Shown here one piece after another: positions 58,598 to 63,470 of a stretch of DNA of 63,470 bases. The notes below the pieces were generated by a model. It saw only the letters and a program-made list of their open reading frames with translations. It was not told the DNA's origin and did not search any database. Origin of the DNA: an uncultured virus (IMG/VR IMGVR_UViG_2821904334_000002) (taxonomy: Duplodnaviria; Heunggongvirae; Uroviricota; Caudoviricetes); IMG/VR virus record IMGVR_UViG_2821904334_000002; one strand, written 5' to 3'. The position numbers were made by a program, and so were the translations under genes. Positions within the stretch are counted from its first letter, which is position 1. The number at the start of each line of letters is the position of its first letter.

Positions 58598-58815
58598 GAA
58601 CTAAGGAGGGATATAGGGTGAATAATCAAAAGTGGTATGAAAACATAAACTGGGTTTCAGTCCCCATGTGGAAAGCAATGAAACTTTGGGCAGAGGAGGA
58701 TAAGAGTATCCGATGTCAAGTGAAACGTTCACAATACTATTTTAAAGGTGGAGAAACAATACATAAATTAGACCAAGACTTTGTAAAAGAAGGTCAATGG
58801 TTTGTAGAGGGGTAG
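58588..58815 (+). CDS. Hypothetical protein, paralog of the N-terminus of 58822
   Basis: VPMWKAMKLWA...RCQV...YYF.G.E shared. Confidence 0.7.
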   Translation: MALRTKEGYRVNNQKWYENINWVSVPMWKAMKLWAEEDKSIRCQVKRSQYYFKGGETIHKLDQDFVKEGQWFVEG

Positions 58816-58821
58816 GAAACT

Positions 58822-59385
58822 ATGAGTAGAGCAAGTAGGTATACTGATAAAGACAGGTTCGGTCTTGGGGTAGACTGGAAACAAGTACCTATGTGGAAAG
58901 CAATGAAGTTGTGGGCAAACAATCAAAACCACGTAAGATGTCAAGTAGGAGAAACAAACTACTATTTTCACGGTCAAGAGTCAATGGCTAATGTAGAACC
59001 TTACTTTGCTACAGAAGGAGTATGGTACGTAGAAGAACGTGTAAACAAGATGAAAGAAGAGAGAAAGAAAAGACAAGATGTTGAAGAAAAGAAACCTTTA
59101 TTCTTTATCTATCAAAACGGGTTTAGACAAATCTCTCTACCACCAAAACAAGATGGTTTTAGAAACTTTGATGTTATCCAATTGACATCTTGTGATGATG
59201 GTTGTTTGATTACAGTAGAAGGAAACATGGAAGAAGTAGCAAGAGAACTAAGTACCTTTGTAGGGTATCCAATTACAGAAATTTATTGTGATACAAACGA
59301 AATATCAAACCAAGGATATACATTAAAGGGTGCTAGTATTCGAAAAGGAAACGTTGGAGAGAACGTCATTTATTTAGAGTTCTAA
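58822..59385 (+). CDS. Hypothetical two-domain protein
   Basis: N-terminal domain duplicated in 58588-58815. Confidence 0.7.
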   Translation: MSRASRYTDKDRFGLGVDWKQVPMWKAMKLWANNQNHVRCQVGETNYYFHGQESMANVEPYFATEGVWYVEERVNKMKEERKKRQDVEEKKPLFFIYQNGFRQISLPPKQDGFRNFDVIQLTSCDDGCLITVEGNMEEVARELSTFVGYPITEIYCDTNEISNQGYTLKGASIRKGNVGENVIYLEF

Positions 59386-59407
59386 AATAAGAAAGGGGTA
59401 GTTAAGT

Positions 59408-59755
59408 ATGAAACGTACAATTAAATTTAGAGGTAAAGGAACAGACGGAAATTGGTACTACGGGTTTTATTCATTCTTAGGAGGTAAGCATACCATTACA
59501 TTCGAAACAGAAATTGGAATCATAGAGAAAGAAGTATTACCTGAGACAGTTGGTCAATATGCAGGATTAAAAGATATAGATAAAACTGAAATGTATGAAG
59601 GTATGGCTTTAGATAATGGTTATGTTATTTCTTATGTTGATGAGTCAGATAGTGCAAACTTAGGTTTAGAAGTTGGTTTCTATGAGCAAAGAGCAGACTT
59701 TGAATCATTCGCCATGTTGGAAGTTGGCGGAAAATACAAGGTTCTTGCAGATTAA
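59408..59755 (+). CDS. YopX-family phage protein
   Basis: R.IKFRGK...G.WYYG, V.PETVGQY.GLKD...E.YEG. Confidence 0.8.
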   Translation: MKRTIKFRGKGTDGNWYYGFYSFLGGKHTITFETEIGIIEKEVLPETVGQYAGLKDIDKTEMYEGMALDNGYVISYVDESDSANLGLEVGFYEQRADFESFAMLEVGGKYKVLAD

Positions 59756-59806
59756 AACTATAGGTAAATATTTTAGAAACAAGTTAGGTAAGATACGATA
59801 ACATAC

Positions 59807-59835
59807 TTGACAAATTAATAAATTTATGGTATAAT
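59807..59835 (+). promoter_or_regulatory. sigma-A promoter overlapped by a terminator hairpin
   Basis: TTGACA-17-TATAAT; 16-bp stem 59833-59875 plus T tract. Confidence 0.85.
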
Positions 59836-59926
59836 AGTGTTATAAGTAAATGAGAAAAATACTTGTAGCACTATTTTTATTTGGGAAGATAAAGTGCAAA
59901 CAGGTAATAAAGAGAGGGAGTTTATA

Positions 59927-60499
59927 ATGGCAAACGAAAACCATTTTGAATCATGGAATAAAACAATCAAAGAAGTATACGGAAATGAAGAAACTGATTC
60001 TTTACGAGTGGCAAACGAAGGTTCAATTATTGTTAAACAAGGTTGTTCTAATTGTGAGAGTATTGAACCAGTAACAGAGGGTTCAGTAGGGTATTACTCA
60101 AATATTTGTGATAATTGTTACAGACAATTAAGTGAAGCAGGTACAATTAACTCACATATCAGTATAACAGCAATTGAAAATGCAAGTGATTATGCAGTTA
60201 GACAGGAAAACAAGAAAACACAAACATTGTTAGAGGAGCAAAGAAATAGACTAGATGTTCAATTAGTCAAATTTAATGCTGAAAAGAAACTAATTGAAGC
60301 TGAATTGAAAGATAAATTACTACGTGCAAGACGGTTAGTTGAATCGTTACATACGAAGGTAGAAAACGGAGATGAGATATCAGAGTCAGATGGATTACAA
60401 GGGTTAGGTTCAGACATTGATTCTCTTAAATCAAGACTAAAGTCTTATAATGAGTTTATCAAATACTTAGAAGAGTTTGGAAAGACGATAAACAAGTAA
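59927..60499 (+). CDS. Hypothetical protein with CxxC...CxxC and coiled coil
   Basis: CSNC, CDNC; GAGGGAG SD. Confidence 0.7.
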   Translation: MANENHFESWNKTIKEVYGNEETDSLRVANEGSIIVKQGCSNCESIEPVTEGSVGYYSNICDNCYRQLSEAGTINSHISITAIENASDYAVRQENKKTQTLLEEQRNRLDVQLVKFNAEKKLIEAELKDKLLRARRLVESLHTKVENGDEISESDGLQGLGSDIDSLKSRLKSYNEFIKYLEEFGKTINK

Positions 60500-60526
60500 A
60501 ATACAAGAAAGATAGGGGTAGTTAAC

Positions 60527-61084
60527 ATGTCAATTATACAAACACTGAAACAACAAGGTTGTCGAGTTCAAGTAGATACGGTAAAGACTTCAGAAGACAA
60601 GGTAGTATATGAAGCAACTATTGAGCAAAGAAGCCCAAAAGGTAATGTATATAAAACTTTAGATGTAGTAGAGTTTGATGATTTAGTAAATATAGAAGAA
60701 ACTCTAAAGAACTGGTATAAAGACTTTACAGAAAAGCAAAATGTTAAAGGCATTAGTAGATTTAGACTATCTATTGAAGACGGATTAGATTACAGTTTTG
60801 TAAACTTAATTATTCAAGGTGAAGTAACAAAAGAGGAATTTATTGATATGTATAACGAAGTTATTTCTGAAAAATCGTATACTCATCATGATGACTTAGC
60901 AGAAGAAATGTGTTCACGATTTGGTTTCTCTATAGACGAACCTATATTTGAGATAAACGGAAGATATACAGGGTATACTCCTATTAGTAATGAAGTACGA
61001 AACAGCAAGAGTATTTCGGTAGAACTAGGATTTGAAGGAGAAGAATCAGAATCTTTCATTGAAGAAACACACAAGGAGGGGTAG
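60527..61084 (+). CDS. Family C paralog (two domains)
   Basis: YS...I.G.VT.EEF..MYN...H..LA..MC..FGF....EI. Confidence 0.75.
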   Translation: MSIIQTLKQQGCRVQVDTVKTSEDKVVYEATIEQRSPKGNVYKTLDVVEFDDLVNIEETLKNWYKDFTEKQNVKGISRFRLSIEDGLDYSFVNLIIQGEVTKEEFIDMYNEVISEKSYTHHDDLAEEMCSRFGFSIDEPIFEINGRYTGYTPISNEVRNSKSISVELGFEGEESESFIEETHKEG

Positions 61085-61087
61085 ACG

Positions 61088-61387
61088 ATGAAATCATTTC
61101 GTATATCAGATGGAACTTATGGAGATTATACGTTTATAACGTTACTAACTGATAAAGATTTAAGCAAACAAGAGTTTATTACTATGTACAATCAAGTGGT
61201 GTTAGAGGGTAGAAATTTAAATCGTGAACAGATAGCAGACGAATTGTGTAAACGGTTTGGTTTTGTAAGAGAAACTCACTTTTTCGAGATTCATGGAATG
61301 AGTGGGTTCGGTATTGTACAAAAGTATAAGCAAGAAGACGTAGAAAGAGACGATTTAAAACGTATAGAAGTATACTCACCATACTAA
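61088..61387 (+). CDS. Family C paralog (C-domain only)
   Basis: SKQEFITMYN...IA..LC.RFGF....EIH. Confidence 0.75.
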   Translation: MKSFRISDGTYGDYTFITLLTDKDLSKQEFITMYNQVVLEGRNLNREQIADELCKRFGFVRETHFFEIHGMSGFGIVQKYKQEDVERDDLKRIEVYSPY

Positions 61388-61400
61388 GGGGTAGTTAAAC

Positions 61401-61589
61401 ATGAGTAAAGGTTTTACATTAATCTGTAATGAGTGTGAAAACAAAGTAGACTATAAAGAGTTAGAAAATAAACGGCATAATACAGAGAAACAAATGTCTG
61501 TTACAATTCATTCGTTAACAGAGTGTGGGTTCATTTGTTTCTCGTGTGAGAATAAAGTAAGGTTAAACGATAAAGAGAAGCAAGAATAG
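61401..61589 (+). CDS. Small zinc-ribbon protein
   Basis: ICNECENKV...ICFSCENKV. Confidence 0.65.
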   Translation: MSKGFTLICNECENKVDYKELENKRHNTEKQMSVTIHSLTECGFICFSCENKVRLNDKEKQE

Positions 61590-61599
61590 GGGTAGTAAA

Positions 61600-62136
61600 A
61601 TGGAGATTTTAAAGAAGTATGACGAACTAGGTTTAGAAGTTAAAATTGAGACTATCTCAACATTTAAAATGGGAGATAAAACTGAGTTATCTAGAGCAGA
61701 AATCGTAGTAAAAGGTCATGACATGCCTTATGAGAAATTAGAAGCATCTACTTTAGATAAACTGGTTGAAAAGTTAGAAGACTGGTTATCAAGCGATAAT
61801 AGAAGGTTTAATAATCCAGTAGAACCGAAAGAGTTTAGATTTATTCGTTTTGGTTCAGGAGAAAACCAAGAATACGGTTATTCAACTATTATGGTTAGTG
61901 GAGACGTTACAAATGAAGAGTTTATGAATTTGTATAACGAAACAATAGATTCAGTCTACTTAACTTCACATAGAGATATCGCTAAAGAAATGTGTAAAAG
62001 ATACGGATTCCATCTAGTAGAGGAAGACTTAGAAATTCACGCTCAATATGGTAGCTTTTCTAGACCAGTATCTAAAGTTCGTAGTTCACGAGACCCTATT
62101 AGCTATACAGTTTTAAGAACGAAACAAGGGTTATAA
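61600..62136 (+). CDS. Family C paralog
   Basis: YSTIM..GDVTNEEF..LY...MC..YGF.LVEEDLEIHA. Confidence 0.8.
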   Translation: MEILKKYDELGLEVKIETISTFKMGDKTELSRAEIVVKGHDMPYEKLEASTLDKLVEKLEDWLSSDNRRFNNPVEPKEFRFIRFGSGENQEYGYSTIMVSGDVTNEEFMNLYNETIDSVYLTSHRDIAKEMCKRYGFHLVEEDLEIHAQYGSFSRPVSKVRSSRDPISYTVLRTKQGL

Positions 62137-62164
62137 GAAATAAACAAAGAATAGGGGTAGTAAA

Positions 62165-62680
62165 ATGGAAATCTTAAACAAGTATGATGAATTAGGTTTT
62201 GAAGTAACAGTAAATGAAATCACTACAATTAAGAAAGGAGAAAAGATTGAACTAGCTAAAGCAGAAATTAAAATTGCAGACAGAGAAGGACTAATCACAA
62301 CACTAGAAGCACCTTCTAAGTTCGAATTAAGAGAGCGATTAGAAAACTGGTTAGCATATGAAGAAACTACAAGAGAAAAGTTAAAAGAACTACCTAAGGT
62401 AAGATTTGTGCGCTTTGCAACTGATGAACACAGTGAGTACTCTTACTCTACAATCATGATTCGTGGAGACATAACAAATGAAGAGTTCTTAGACTTATAT
62501 CATCGAATTGTAAAACAAGTAGGTTCAAATCAGCATGAGCGTATCGCAAGAGCAATGTGTCATGAGTACGGTTTCCAACTGGTAGAGGAAGACTTAGAAA
62601 TTCATGCTATGCATAGCGATTTTGATATAGTAGACCGTGATGTAAAGTATAAAACAGCAGGTTTTACAACACTAGGGTAA
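62165..62680 (+). CDS. Family C paralog (recent duplicate of 61600)
   Basis: MEIL.KYDELG, LVEEDLEIHA; upstream region also duplicated. Confidence 0.8.
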   Translation: MEILNKYDELGFEVTVNEITTIKKGEKIELAKAEIKIADREGLITTLEAPSKFELRERLENWLAYEETTREKLKELPKVRFVRFATDEHSEYSYSTIMIRGDITNEEFLDLYHRIVKQVGSNQHERIARAMCHEYGFQLVEEDLEIHAMHSDFDIVDRDVKYKTAGFTTLG

Positions 62681-62692
62681 GAGGTGTAACAA

Positions 62693-62899
62693 ATGCCACA
62701 AAAGAAAACTTACATTGGTAAAGTAGTAGAACAAGAAATTGATTTTGGAAACAGTTGTGCATCTTACCATGATGTATACATAAAAGAAATGAGAGATTAC
62801 TTAACTCAAGACTTGTATAACTTTGAAGGTAAGAAAGTAAAAGTAACGGTGGAAGTAATCGAGGGAGACACAAAGGAGTGTCACAATGAACGAAAATGA
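62693..62899 (+). CDS. Hypothetical protein
   Basis: GAGGTG SD. Confidence 0.65.
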   Translation: MPQKKTYIGKVVEQEIDFGNSCASYHDVYIKEMRDYLTQDLYNFEGKKVKVTVEVIEGDTKECHNERK

Positions 62900-63071
62900 G
62901 TTTTATAAACCTGTAGTACCTGAGTGGGTTGCAAGGATTCTTGAAAAGAAGAAACAAGGAGACCCTTTAGCAACCTTAGGGTATTCGAAAGAGTGGGAAA
63001 ACTGGAAGAGAAAGTATTCAAAAAAGTATAAGTATGCGATGTTAAACGGTTGGATTGTCGAAGGAGAATAG
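62886..63071 (+). CDS. Small phage-type protein (DUF1642-like)
   Basis: KPVVPEWVA..LE..K...A.LNGW.VE. Confidence 0.5.
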   Translation: MNENEFYKPVVPEWVARILEKKKQGDPLATLGYSKEWENWKRKYSKKYKYAMLNGWIVEGE

Positions 63072-63082
63072 GAGGGGTACGT

Positions 63083-63259
63083 ATGAAAACGAAGAACAAC
63101 CATGTATTATACACAAAAGAAGATTTCGCAAACAAAAGTCCTGAGGAAACGGAAAATGATAAAGTAGCAGAATTAGTACTAGATGGAGGTCTTTCTATTT
63201 GTAAAGTTTGTGGTGAATTCGAAGCGGGATTAGATAAAGAGTGTAAACCAAAAGCATAA
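63083..63259 (+). CDS. Small hypothetical protein with CxxC
   Basis: GGAGG SD; ICKVCG.FE..L...C. Confidence 0.6.
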   Translation: MKTKNNHVLYTKEDFANKSPEETENDKVAELVLDGGLSICKVCGEFEAGLDKECKPKA

Positions 63260-63275
63260 GAAAGGAGACTCTATT

Positions 63276-63470
63276 ATGTATCCAAAAGAGTTATTGAAGA
63301 AGTACAAAGAGAAAAGTGAAGACTCTCACCAATTAACAAATATGTTAGGGGTAATTGAGATAGACAAAGGTAAAGATAGTTCAGAGTATATTGAATTTGA
63401 AACTAGAATAAAAGAGTTAGAAAACGAAATGTCAGATATCGCTAAAGTATTTATTGAAAGCTTTATTTAA
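63276..63470 (+). CDS. Hypothetical protein
   Basis: AAAGGAG SD; TAA at window end. Confidence 0.6.
   Translation: MYPKELLKKYKEKSEDSHQLTNMLGVIEIDKGKDSSEYIEFETRIKELENEMSDIAKVFIESFI

Noticed and set aside
229..63135. All minus-strand ORFs and short alternate-frame plus-strand ORFs in the track
   Set aside because: They overlap well-supported + strand genes, lack SD or promoter context and have the F/L/S-rich composition expected from the antisense of A-rich codons.

Overview
AT-rich, densely coding window with every credible gene on the + strand. It comes from a large Bacillus cereus-group extrachromosomal element; whether this is a megaplasmid, a phage-plasmid or a jumbo phage cannot be decided here. 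That host call is an inference from SLH/SH3b amidases, YopX, DUF1002 and sigma-A promoters. No virion, rRNA, tRNA, CRISPR or transposase genes were recognised. The window is dominated by tandem paralog expansions: (i) seven ~330-aa unknown paralogs (2-8648); (ii) two membrane-anchored cell-wall hydrolases sharing a C-terminal domain and flanking four small membrane proteins; (iii) 14 stand-alone genes plus one fusion built from about 78 C-x4-C-x~8-G-x-C-x2-H putative zinc fingers; (iv) five genes with 18 tandem ~48-aa HTH repeats with variable recognition helices, fused to six PD-(D/E)XK-like nuclease domains with a non-canonical active site, near an orphan N6-adenine methyltransferase. Families iii and iv, linked by one fusion gene, are the best candidate for an undescribed system: a natural ZFN/TALEN-like modular DNA-targeting toolkit. 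Also present: two secreted amidases, the C-terminal half of a NAD-dependent ligase, a family A DNA polymerase, a possible clamp-loader delta subunit and a Fic pseudogene. Non-coding signals include 17 consensus-type sigma-A promoters with a shared spacer motif, a strand-biased GGGTA/GGGGTAG motif, apparent GATC avoidance and several structured leaders or ncRNA candidates. All family calls and counts were made by eye; no database search was run.
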